Source: an uncultured bacterium
GTDB taxonomy: Bacteria > Krumholzibacteriota > Krumholzibacteriia > Krumholzibacteriales > Krumholzibacteriaceae
Direction: 5' to 3'
DNA length: 64,000 nt
Assembly: GCA_963786935.1 (NCBI GenBank)
Contig: CAWBAN010000001.1
Coordinates: 1,312,001-1,376,000, forward strand
Shown: one piece after another, positions 19,160-27,574 of the stretch
Numbering within the stretch: the first letter of the stretch is position 1
How the letters are laid out: each line of letters opens with the position of its first letter
The notes under the pieces: model-generated
The model's database searches: none
What the model saw: the letters and a program-made list of their open reading frames with translations, nothing else
What the model was told of the DNA's origin: nothing
Made by a program: the position numbers and the translations under genes

Positions 19160-20469
19160 GAATCCACCATCCTTGCGTCGGCCGGAATGTACAGACGCAC
19201 GATCGCGCCGCCCGCGGCCCGGGGGACGATCACGAGCCGTCCCGCGCCGCACGTGTAGATCTTGATCCGTTCGATGACGTTCCGGAGACCGAATCCGCGC
19301 GCGACGAGCTCGTCGAGAAGCCAGCCCTCGAACGGCGGGCCGTCGTTCTCGATTTCGATCTCGATCCCCTTTGCGGCGGGCTTCGCGCCGATGCGGAGCG
19401 TTCCCCCGTCGACGCGGCGCGATATCCCGTGCTTGATCGCGTTCTCGACGAGCGGCTGCAGGATCATGATCGGAACCTGCGCGTCGTCGACCGCGGGGTC
19501 GATGTCCTTGACCACCGCGAGACGCTCGTCGCCGAACCGCACCCGCTCGATGGAGAGATAATCGTCGATGAAGGCGATCTCCTCGCGCAGCGAGTGGGTG
19601 TCCGCGGAATCGTCGAGCGATTTGCGGAAGATCGAGGCGAGCCGGTGCGTCATCTCGCGTGCCTTGTCGGCGTCCGTCCGGATCAGGGCCGAGATCGAAT
19701 TGAGCGTGTTGAACAGGAAATGGGGATTGATCTGGCTCCGGAGCGTCGAGAGCCGCGCGTGAATGAGCTGGCGTTCCTCCTCGCGCAGGAGCATCTCGAG
19801 GCGCGCGTTGGAGGCCATCTTGAGCGCGATGCCGAGCGTGTACACGAGCACGGCGAGATCGAGCACGGTGAGGAAGTCGTTTTCGGGAAGATAGCCGTAG
19901 AAAAGCTTGCGGCCCTGGAACCGCCGGAGGAGCCCGTATCGGGCGAGCGCGAACACGATGCAGATGACGAACGGGATGAAATTCCGGTCGAGCCGGCGAC
20001 GCGCGAGCCGCGAAACGAAGTCATACACGAGGTAGAACGGATTGAGCGAAAAGCTCCAGATCTCCCCCCGCGCGTGCAGGAGCGCGACGAGGGCGCCGCT
20101 CACGAAACCCGCCGTCGCGTAGAACGGGAACGCCACCGGCTCGCCGAAGAGCCAGCAGACGGCGCCGACGGCCGCGCCGACTCCCGTTCCCACCCAGGCG
20201 CCGCCGAGAAAGCCCGCGAGCAGCGCCCCCTCGAGGGAGAGATCCATGGCGCCCTGGTATGTGTATTTCCGCACGACGACGCAGGCGATGAAAATGGCGG
20301 CGAGGAGCACGGTCATCCGCAGACGATCCATCACCGAGACGGGCCGTCCGAGGACGAAATTGGCGACGAACCGGAATCCGAGCACGAGGCTCGCGATGCC
20401 GGCCATGACGATCACGCGCAGAAGCAGATTGATGAGGAGCAGCTGCTCCGGCGTCAGTTTAACGGGCAT
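19144..20469 (-). CDS. LytS/YehU-type membrane sensor histidine kinase
   Basis: Multiple TM helices. SQINPHFLFNTLN, LQPLVENAIKHG, GFGLRNV. Confidence 0.92.
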   Translation of the reverse strand: MPVKLTPEQLLLINLLLRVIVMAGIASLVLGFRFVANFVLGRPVSVMDRLRMTVLLAAIFIACVVVRKYTYQGAMDLSLEGALLAGFLGGAWVGTGVGAAVGAVCWLFGEPVAFPFYATAGFVSGALVALLHARGEIWSFSLNPFYLVYDFVSRLARRRLDRNFIPFVICIVFALARYGLLRRFQGRKLFYGYLPENDFLTVLDLAVLVYTLGIALKMASNARLEMLLREEERQLIHARLSTLRSQINPHFLFNTLNSISALIRTDADKAREMTHRLASIFRKSLDDSADTHSLREEIAFIDDYLSIERVRFGDERLAVVKDIDPAVDDAQVPIMILQPLVENAIKHGISRRVDGGTLRIGAKPAAKGIEIEIENDGPPFEGWLLDELVARGFGLRNVIERIKIYTCGAGRLVIVPRAAGGAIVRLYIPADARMVDSCLSK

Positions 20470-20477
20470 ATCGCTCC

Positions 20478-21059
20478 CTACAGGCGCATGGCGTTGATCC
20501 GTTTCGTGAATATCTCGAGATCCTGCATCGTGCGGAGCCCGACCTCCTTGGTGAAGATGCTCCCGTCCCGGAGCAGGATGTACGTCGTCGGGACGCGGCG
20601 CACGCCGCCGAACGCCGCGGCGACCTCGTCGCCGTTATAGACGACGGAAAACGTGGCCGGGTTCTTCTCGATGAAGCTCGCGACCGTTTCCCTGCCTTCC
20701 TTGTCGGTGAAGACGCCGAGAACGGCGAACCGGTAGCGCTGGAGCTTGGCCTGGAGCTTGTTGAGCTCGGCCGTCTGCGCCGCGCACTCCTTGTTCCACG
20801 TCGCCATGAAGGTCAGGATCACGATGTCCCCCTGATAATCGGCGAGGCGCATCACGGTCCCGTCGAGCCCCTTGAGCTCGGCGTCGGGAGCGCGCTGATA
20901 GCTCTCGATGGTGACGTTCTTCGCCGTCTCCGTCCGCGGCGCCTCCTGCTTCGGCCGCCCCTCCTTGTTCGCGCACCCCGCCGATCCGAGCGCGATCGCG
21001 AGCGCCGCCGCGATCGCGACGATCGCGCGCGCCGGCCGAACGGTCAATCCATGCGGCAT
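20478..21059 (-). CDS. TlpA/ResA-like thioredoxin-fold lipoprotein with atypical active site
   Basis: Lipobox-like LGSAGC, APDAELKGLDG, FMATWNKEC in place of WCxxC, VPTTY cis-Pro loop. Confidence 0.82.
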   Translation of the reverse strand: MPHGLTVRPARAIVAIAAALAIALGSAGCANKEGRPKQEAPRTETAKNVTIESYQRAPDAELKGLDGTVMRLADYQGDIVILTFMATWNKECAAQTAELNKLQAKLQRYRFAVLGVFTDKEGRETVASFIEKNPATFSVVYNGDEVAAAFGGVRRVPTTYILLRDGSIFTKEVGLRTMQDLEIFTKRINAMRL

Positions 21060-21069
21060 GTTCTCCTCC

Positions 21070-22221
21070 TTATTTCTTCTTCACGAGTATTCCCGCGATC
21101 GTGTTCTTCTGAATCTCCTTGGTACCCTCGTAGATCTCGGTGATCTTGGCGTCCCGGTAGTACCGCTCGACCTCGTACTCGAGGATATACCCGTAGCCGC
21201 CGTGAATCTGCACGGCCTCGTCCGTCACGAGCACGGCCGTCCGTCCCGCCAGCAGCTTCGCCATCGAGGTGAGCTTCGGATCGATCTTCCCCTGATCGAA
21301 GTTCCACGCGGCCTTGTACACGAGGAGTCGCGCCGCCTCGATCGCGGTCGCCATGTCGGCGAGCTTGTGCTGCGTCGCCTGAAAATCGGCGAGGCGCTGT
21401 CCGAACTGCTGCCGCTGCTTCGAGTACTCGACCGAGCGCTCGAACGCCCCCTGCGCGATCCCGACGGCGGTGGCGGCGATCTCGGCGCGGCTCTCGTCGA
21501 AGAACTCGAGCACCTGGTAGAAGCCCCTTCCCTCCTGGCCGACGAGGTTCTCGAGCGGCACCTTCACGCCGCTGTACGAGACCTCGGCCGTCGACGTCAT
21601 CCGGATGCCCATCTTGTCCCCGACCTCCTCCGCGTCGAGCCCGGGCGTTCCCTTCGGAACGATGATGAGCGACTGCCCGCGATAGCTCGGCTGCACCGCG
21701 GCGTCGGTCTGGCAGAGCGTGATGTAGAAATCGGCGATCGTGCCGTTCGTGATGAAGGTTTTCGTGCCGTTGATGAGCCAGCCGTCCTTCTCCTTCACGG
21801 CGGACGTGTCCATCGACGTGATGTCGCTCCCGTGGTTCGGCTCGGTGAAGCAGCCCGCGGAGATCATCGCGCCCGACGCGATGGCGGGCAGCAGCTTCGC
21901 CTTCTGCTCCTTCGATCCGTGGCGCATGATGATCTCGGAGGCGAAATCGCTGAGCGCGAGCGCCGTTCCGATGCCCGAGTCCTTCCGGCAGAACTCCTCG
22001 ACGACGAGCGCGTTCTCGAACACGCCGAGCCCCTGCCCCCCGTACTCCTCGGGGAAATGGATCCCGACGAATCCGAGCTCGCACGCCTTTTTCCAGACGG
22101 ACCGCGGGAACGAGTGCTCCTTGTCGTGCTTGATCGCGAGATCCTTGTCGAACTCCCCTTCGGCGAACTCCCGCGCCGCCTGCTTGATGTCCTTCTGCTC
22201 CTTGGTCAATTCGAAATCCAT
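21070..22221 (-). CDS. Acyl-CoA dehydrogenase
   Basis: FTEPNHGSD, NGTKTFITNG, QIHGGYGY, IYEGT. Confidence 0.95.
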   Translation of the reverse strand: MDFELTKEQKDIKQAAREFAEGEFDKDLAIKHDKEHSFPRSVWKKACELGFVGIHFPEEYGGQGLGVFENALVVEEFCRKDSGIGTALALSDFASEIIMRHGSKEQKAKLLPAIASGAMISAGCFTEPNHGSDITSMDTSAVKEKDGWLINGTKTFITNGTIADFYITLCQTDAAVQPSYRGQSLIIVPKGTPGLDAEEVGDKMGIRMTSTAEVSYSGVKVPLENLVGQEGRGFYQVLEFFDESRAEIAATAVGIAQGAFERSVEYSKQRQQFGQRLADFQATQHKLADMATAIEAARLLVYKAAWNFDQGKIDPKLTSMAKLLAGRTAVLVTDEAVQIHGGYGYILEYEVERYYRDAKITEIYEGTKEIQKNTIAGILVKKK

Positions 22222-22234
22222 GATCTCCTCCGGT

Positions 22235-23206
22235 TCACGACGAGCCGATCTGCTCTTTCAACGCATCGATGATCTTGAACATGTCTTCGACGGCGCCGTA
22301 GTCCGCGGCCCGGAAAATGGGCGCCTTCGCGTCGCGGTTGACCGCGATGAAGACCCCCGATCCCTTGACGCCAGCGAGGTGCTGGAACGCGCCGCTGATC
22401 CCGAGCGCGAGGTACACCTTCGGCTTCACGGTGCGTCCCGACGTTCCGACCTGACGCTCCTTGCCGAGCCACTTCTTGTCGACGACGGGGCGCGAGCACG
22501 CGAGCACCGCGCCGAGCTTGTCGGCGAGCTCCTGCGCCTTCGGGATATTCTCCACGTCCTTGATTCCGCGACCGATCGAGACGAGGAAAACCGATTGGGT
22601 TATGTCGACGGCGCCCGCCGCCGCCTCCCGGTAGCCGAGGAACTCCGTCTTGAACGGTCCGGAGAGCGGGGGGCACGGATGATCCTCGATGCGGCCGGCG
22701 CTCCCTGCCTCCGCCGCGGGGGCGTAGCTCCCCGAGCGCACGGTGACGAGGTAGCCGCCCGACGGGGCGAACGACGAGCGGGAGAGAATCTTGCCGTTGT
22801 AAATGCTGCGCACGACGGACAGCCCAGCGCCGTCCATCTCGACCTTGACGCAGTCCGTCGCGCACGGACGCGCGCTCTCAACCGAGAGCTTCGGGAAGAG
22901 CTCCATGCCGAACGCGGATTGCGGACAGAGGGTCACGAGCGGCGTCTCCTTCTCGAGGACATCCTTGAGCGCGGCCGCGTGCGTTTCGTAGCGGAATTCG
23001 GCGAGCGATTCGCTCTCGACGACGATGACCCGCGGGAGGTACTTCGAGAGGGTCTCGGCGAATCCCCGCACGCCGCGTCCGACGACGACGGCGGCCGGCT
23101 CGAGCCCGGACGAGCGCTCGAGCTCGCGCGCGAGCGTGACGAGCTCGTACGTCGCGTCCCTGATCGCGCCCTGCCGGTGCTCGACGACGACGAATACCTT
23201 CGCCAT
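22235..23206 (-). CDS. etfA: Electron transfer flavoprotein alpha subunit
   Basis: SRPVVD, QVGTSGRTVKP, GISGAFQHLAG, AVNRDAKAPIF. Confidence 0.95.
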   Translation of the reverse strand: MAKVFVVVEHRQGAIRDATYELVTLARELERSSGLEPAAVVVGRGVRGFAETLSKYLPRVIVVESESLAEFRYETHAAALKDVLEKETPLVTLCPQSAFGMELFPKLSVESARPCATDCVKVEMDGAGLSVVRSIYNGKILSRSSFAPSGGYLVTVRSGSYAPAAEAGSAGRIEDHPCPPLSGPFKTEFLGYREAAAGAVDITQSVFLVSIGRGIKDVENIPKAQELADKLGAVLACSRPVVDKKWLGKERQVGTSGRTVKPKVYLALGISGAFQHLAGVKGSGVFIAVNRDAKAPIFRAADYGAVEDMFKIIDALKEQIGSS

Positions 23207-23998
23207 TTACGCCACCCCCCCTCTCTCCTTCACGATCTCGAGGATTCTGCGGGCGATCTCGGCGGGAGCGCCCTTGATCATCTCGGCTTCCTTCCCCGCC
23301 GGCGGCACCGAGAGCCCCGTGCGCCTGACGAGATTCGCGTTCGCGCCGATCTCGCCCGGCGCGAGGCCGAGCGCGGCCGCGTCGAGGACGGGGATCTCCT
23401 TGGCGCGCACCTTCCGAATCCCCATGATCGACACATAGCGCGGCTCGTTGATGCCGGTCTGGATGGTGAGCACGGCGGGGAGCTCGATCCGCAGCATCTC
23501 CTCGAGGCCCCCCTCGAGCTCTCTCGTGACCTGCGCATTCTTCCCTTCGAGGGCGATCGAGGTGACGAGCGTCGCGTGCGGCCACCCGAGGTAGCCGGCG
23601 AGCGCCGGCCCCGTCATCGCGAATCCGTCGTCCCCCGCCTGCGCTCCCGCGAGAACGAGGTCGTACGAGCCCGTGCCGACGGCGGCGCGAAGCCCGCGCG
23701 CGATCCCGTACGGATCGGCGTCCTTGAAGGGAGCGTCGTCGATCAGGATCGCGTTATCCGCCCCCATGGCGAGGCAGCGCCGGAGCACGTCCTCGCTGTC
23801 GGCGGGGCCGATCGTGGCGACGGTCACCGTGCCGCCGTGCGCCTCCTTGATACGGATCGCCTCCTCGACGGCGTAGTTGTCCCATTCGTTGATGCCGGAT
23901 GCGAGGTCGTCCTCCTTGATGCCCGTGCCGTCGGGCTTGAGGACGACCTCGGCGTCGGCGGTATCGGGCACCTTCTTCACGCACACGAGAATCTCCAT
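23207..23998 (-). CDS. etfB: Electron transfer flavoprotein beta subunit
   Basis: True start MEILVCVKKVPD at 23998. INEWDNYAVEEA, LAMGAD, INEPRY. Confidence 0.93.
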   Translation of the reverse strand: MEILVCVKKVPDTADAEVVLKPDGTGIKEDDLASGINEWDNYAVEEAIRIKEAHGGTVTVATIGPADSEDVLRRCLAMGADNAILIDDAPFKDADPYGIARGLRAAVGTGSYDLVLAGAQAGDDGFAMTGPALAGYLGWPHATLVTSIALEGKNAQVTRELEGGLEEMLRIELPAVLTIQTGINEPRYVSIMGIRKVRAKEIPVLDAAALGLAPGEIGANANLVRRTGLSVPPAGKEAEMIKGAPAEIARRILEIVKERGGVA

Positions 23999-25995
23999 CA
24001 GGAGACTCCTTTCCCGGCCGGCGCCGCGCCCGGGAGGCTCTCGGCCACCAGCTCCGTGAGATCCTTCACGACGATCTTCCCCTCGAATCCCGCGGTCTTG
24101 ACCGCGTCGTCCATATTGCTGAAGCAGAAGGGGCACGCGGTGACGATCGTTCCGGCCCCCGTGCCGGCCGCCTCGCGCACGCGAATCTCCGCGATCTTCT
24201 CCCCCTCGCCCGCTTCGACCCACATTCTCCCGCCGCCGCCGCCGCAGCAGAGGCTCCGTTCGCGCGAGCGCTCCATCTCGACGAGCCTGACGCCGGGGAT
24301 CGATTTCAAAACGTTCCGCGGGGCGTCGTACACCCCGTTCCGCCGGCCGAGGAAGCACGGGTCGTGAAAGGTGACGGCGCGCTCCCCGCGGCTCTCGAGC
24401 TCGATCCCGCCCGAGGCGATGATCCGCTCGAGCGCCTGCGACACGTGCAGCACGCTGCGCTCCTTCATCGAGGGGCTCATCCGCGCGTACTCGTTCCTGA
24501 AGGTATGGAATCCGTGCGGGCACGGCGTGACGATCTCCCGTATCCCGTGCCGGTCGAACGCGTCCACGTTCCCCCCGGCGAGCTCCGTGAAGAGCCCGTC
24601 CTCGCCGACCCCCCGGATGAATTCGCTGCAGCACGTTTCGTCCTTGCCGAGAACGGCGAATCCGAATCCCGCGGCCTTGAAGATATTCACCGCGGCGCGC
24701 GGCACCGACTGGAGCCGCGAATCGTAGGCGAAGGTGCACCCGACGTAGAAGCAGCGCGACTCCTTCGCGCCCTCGGAGAGCACGGGAACGTCGAGCCCCG
24801 ACGCCCACTCCATCCGTTTCCCCTTCGCCCCCTGCCAGGGATTCTTGAACTTGTACACCGACTCGAGCATCTCCTGGATGTTGCCCGGGACGTCCTCCCC
24901 GATCTCGACGCGCGCCGTCCGCACCTCCCGTATGACGTCCAGGGGGCTGATGGCCGACGGGCACTCGTCGCGGCAGCGGCCGCACGTCGTGCAGAGCCAG
25001 ACCGAATCGTCCCTGACCGCAGTCGCCTTCGCGAGGGCGGCGTCGGCGGCGCGGCGCGGCAGCAGACCGAATCCGCTCTTCCGGCGGACGAAACACCCCG
25101 CCTCGGCGATCGCCTTCCGCGGCGAGAGCGATTCCTTCGCGATCGCGCTCGGGCATTGAACCGTGCAGCGGTTGCACTGCGTGCACGCGTCGAACATGAC
25201 GTGGTGGCGAAAACTGAAATCGCTCGTGAGCGCCTCGCGCTCCTCGAGCGAGAGGTACGAGCTGAAACGCATCCCCTCGAGGGTCACGTTGATGCTCGCG
25301 GCGAAGACGTGGATGAACTTGGAGAACGGAAAATACGCGATGAGGATCATGCTCGCCGCCGCGTGAATCCACCACCAGATGCGGTGCGCGGCGGTCGCCG
25401 CGGGCACGGAGAGCCCCGAGACGTCAGCGATCCATCGCCCCGCCGGCGACGGCTCGATCCAGGGGAGCGTCTGCGCGCGGAGCCTGAATCCCTCGACCAT
25501 GAATCCCGTCAGCGCGATGAAGAAGAGGAGCACGAGCACGACGTGGTCGCGCGGGACCGTCACCATTTTCTCGCGTTTGATCGCGTATCGCCGGAGATAG
25601 GCGAGAACGACGCCGAGCATGAGCGCGATTCCCGCGACGTCGAGCGCGAACGCGTAGACGAGATACAGGTCGCCCCTGAGGTACGGAATGATCCAGTGAT
25701 CGATCGTCGAGAGGACCGTGCCGAGAAAGAGGATGAGAAATCCCCACATGATGCACACGTGCGTCACGCCGCCGAGAAAGTCCCCCTTGAAAATGGAGGC
25801 GTTCAGGAGGATCCGCCGGACGACGAGCCATGCGTCGAATCCGCCGTCCCGCTTCTCGCGCCACCCCGCGCGCCACAACGTCCAGCGCCGGTAGAGCCCG
25901 TAGAGGCAAATGGCGGTCGCCAAGGCCGCAAGTGAATAGAAAATATAATGATAGCCGATATTCCAGAACACTTCGCGAAACGGCTGCATCGCCAC
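23998..25995 (-). CDS. Membrane-bound Fe-S oxidoreductase (FadF/HdrED-like: NarI-like TM domain, 4Fe-4S dicluster, two CCG domains)
   Basis: TM region with conserved His. CTQCNRCTVQCP, CTTCGRCRDECP, ETCC, HDPCFLGR, CCGGGGG, TACPFC. Confidence 0.9.
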   Translation of the reverse strand: MAMQPFREVFWNIGYHYIFYSLAALATAICLYGLYRRWTLWRAGWREKRDGGFDAWLVVRRILLNASIFKGDFLGGVTHVCIMWGFLILFLGTVLSTIDHWIIPYLRGDLYLVYAFALDVAGIALMLGVVLAYLRRYAIKREKMVTVPRDHVVLVLLFFIALTGFMVEGFRLRAQTLPWIEPSPAGRWIADVSGLSVPAATAAHRIWWWIHAAASMILIAYFPFSKFIHVFAASINVTLEGMRFSSYLSLEEREALTSDFSFRHHVMFDACTQCNRCTVQCPSAIAKESLSPRKAIAEAGCFVRRKSGFGLLPRRAADAALAKATAVRDDSVWLCTTCGRCRDECPSAISPLDVIREVRTARVEIGEDVPGNIQEMLESVYKFKNPWQGAKGKRMEWASGLDVPVLSEGAKESRCFYVGCTFAYDSRLQSVPRAAVNIFKAAGFGFAVLGKDETCCSEFIRGVGEDGLFTELAGGNVDAFDRHGIREIVTPCPHGFHTFRNEYARMSPSMKERSVLHVSQALERIIASGGIELESRGERAVTFHDPCFLGRRNGVYDAPRNVLKSIPGVRLVEMERSRERSLCCGGGGGRMWVEAGEGEKIAEIRVREAAGTGAGTIVTACPFCFSNMDDAVKTAGFEGKIVVKDLTELVAESLPGAAPAGKGVS

Positions 25996-26019
25996 CCCCT
26001 GTTCTCGCGAACGCCTGGC

Positions 26020-26049
26020 ATAGTATCAAAAGGGAAGCCCCGAAATCAA
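26020..26049 (-). promoter_or_regulatory. Putative sigma70-type promoter of the Fe-S oxidoreductase/ETF operon
   Basis: TTGATT-N18-TACTAT with extended -10 TG. Confidence 0.55.
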
Positions 26050-26205
26050 CCACATACTTGACAGGCGGTTAGTCGGCCGTGGCCGCGGCCGCCGTTCGAG
26101 ACGCCCGGCGCCGCGCGCGAGAAAAGAACCATCAAAATCGCCTGCTCGGCAATCATTTCAAGCCATCTGGAACGGTACTTGCGAATAGACGCATTTCGGA
26201 GGAAT

Positions 26206-27519
26206 ATGATGTTTTCCCGCGTCATGACATGCGCGATCATCCTGATGCTCGCCGCGCCGCCCGCCGTTTCCCAGCCGGGGGCGACGCCTCGCGTGAAGGC
26301 CGAAGCGCTCTTCGTCGACGCGCAGAAGGCTCTGTCGCGCGGCGATTACGCGGGCGCCGAGACGATACTCAAGGAAGCGCTCCAGACGGATCCCTCGTTC
26401 ACCTCCGCCATCTGGCAGCTCGCTCAGATATACGAATCCCGCGGCGAGATCGACTACGCGCGGGAGCTTCTGATGCGCGGACTGCGGCAGGATCCCGACG
26501 CCGTCTGGGCCCGGGAAAAGCTCTCGCAGATGGAGACCTCCCTCTCGCGCGCGATGTTGGCGGACGCGCGCGGCTCCATGAGCTCGGGCAAGTGGGACGG
26601 CGCGATCGGAAAGTTGTCGGCGTATCTCGATCTGAGGCCCAACGACGCCGCCGCGCTCGCCGCGATGGCGCGATGCCAGGTCGAGATGGGAAACCAGAAG
26701 GCGGCCCGGAAGTACATCGAGCGCGTGCGCGCGATCGACCCGGACAACGCCGAAGCCTCCTCCCTGCTCGCCCGGATGGAAACGACCGAGCGGAGCGCGC
26801 GGCTCGAGAAGCTTCTGGCCGAGGCCCAGATCGCGCTGCTCGACACGGCTTCCACCGCGCCCGGGCGCGCGCGAACGGCCCTCGAGGCGCTCATCGCGGC
26901 CGATCCGGCGAACACGTGGGCGAAGGAGCGGCTCGCCGAATTGAATCGCCCCGTCGAGAAGCCGCCCGCCGGCGCGGACCGGCGCGCCGCCAAGCCGCTT
27001 CCGCCGGTTTTCGCGAAAGGGCGCCAGACCGTCGACCGCTCGAAGGACGCCGTCGCCGGCCTCGGACGCTTCCTGCTCACTCACATCGCGCTCTTCCTGC
27101 TCGGCGCCGTCCTCTGCGTGCTCGCAATCGACATCCGAAGGAAGATAGCGCGTCGAAACTACCCCCTCGAGGGAACGATGACTCTCATTCCCATCCTCGA
27201 CATCGTGTCGCTTGTCAACGCCAACATGCGGACGGGGCGGCTCATCGTCGTGAGCTCGGACGCGAAAGGGGAGATCTTCTTCGACAAAGGCGAGATCGTC
27301 CACGCGCGCTGCGACGGTCTCACGGGGAAGGTCGCGTTCCAGAAGCTCATGGACATCCGCGCGGGCCGCTTCTTCTTCCACAATCATCTCCCGAACGTCC
27401 GCCGCACGATCTCCGATCCGTTGAGCCTGCTCCTCCTCTCGATGAAGCCGCACGAGGAGCCGGCGAAGGAATCCCCCGCGCCCAAGCAGCGCGAAGAGGC
27501 CCTCTCGACCCGCCGCTGA
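26206..27519 (+). CDS. TPR-repeat, single-TM protein with C-terminal DUF4388 (PatA-N-like) domain
   Basis: ATG 26206 after GGAGG. Signal peptide, TPR helices, TM IALFLLGAVLCVLAI, then LEGTMTLIPILDIVSLV...TGRL...GEIFFDKGEIVHA...GRFFF. Confidence 0.82.
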   Translation: MMFSRVMTCAIILMLAAPPAVSQPGATPRVKAEALFVDAQKALSRGDYAGAETILKEALQTDPSFTSAIWQLAQIYESRGEIDYARELLMRGLRQDPDAVWAREKLSQMETSLSRAMLADARGSMSSGKWDGAIGKLSAYLDLRPNDAAALAAMARCQVEMGNQKAARKYIERVRAIDPDNAEASSLLARMETTERSARLEKLLAEAQIALLDTASTAPGRARTALEALIAADPANTWAKERLAELNRPVEKPPAGADRRAAKPLPPVFAKGRQTVDRSKDAVAGLGRFLLTHIALFLLGAVLCVLAIDIRRKIARRNYPLEGTMTLIPILDIVSLVNANMRTGRLIVVSSDAKGEIFFDKGEIVHARCDGLTGKVAFQKLMDIRAGRFFFHNHLPNVRRTISDPLSLLLLSMKPHEEPAKESPAPKQREEALSTRR

Positions 27520-27574
27520 CGGTTCGTCGATTATCCGTAGATTGCCGGTTGATTGTCCGCCGATCGGATGTTCC

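Noticed and set aside
23207..25375. 722-aa ORF suggesting an extended EtfB; similar false extensions affect TsaB, the ROK kinase, PyrD, PyrK and the metalloprotease
   Set aside because: The extensions are off-frame overlaps with the upstream genes. Family-typical starts lie downstream.
26058..26063. Perfect TTGACA on the plus strand upstream of the TPR-DUF4388 gene
   Set aside because: No -10-like hexamer at 16-18 bp spacing.
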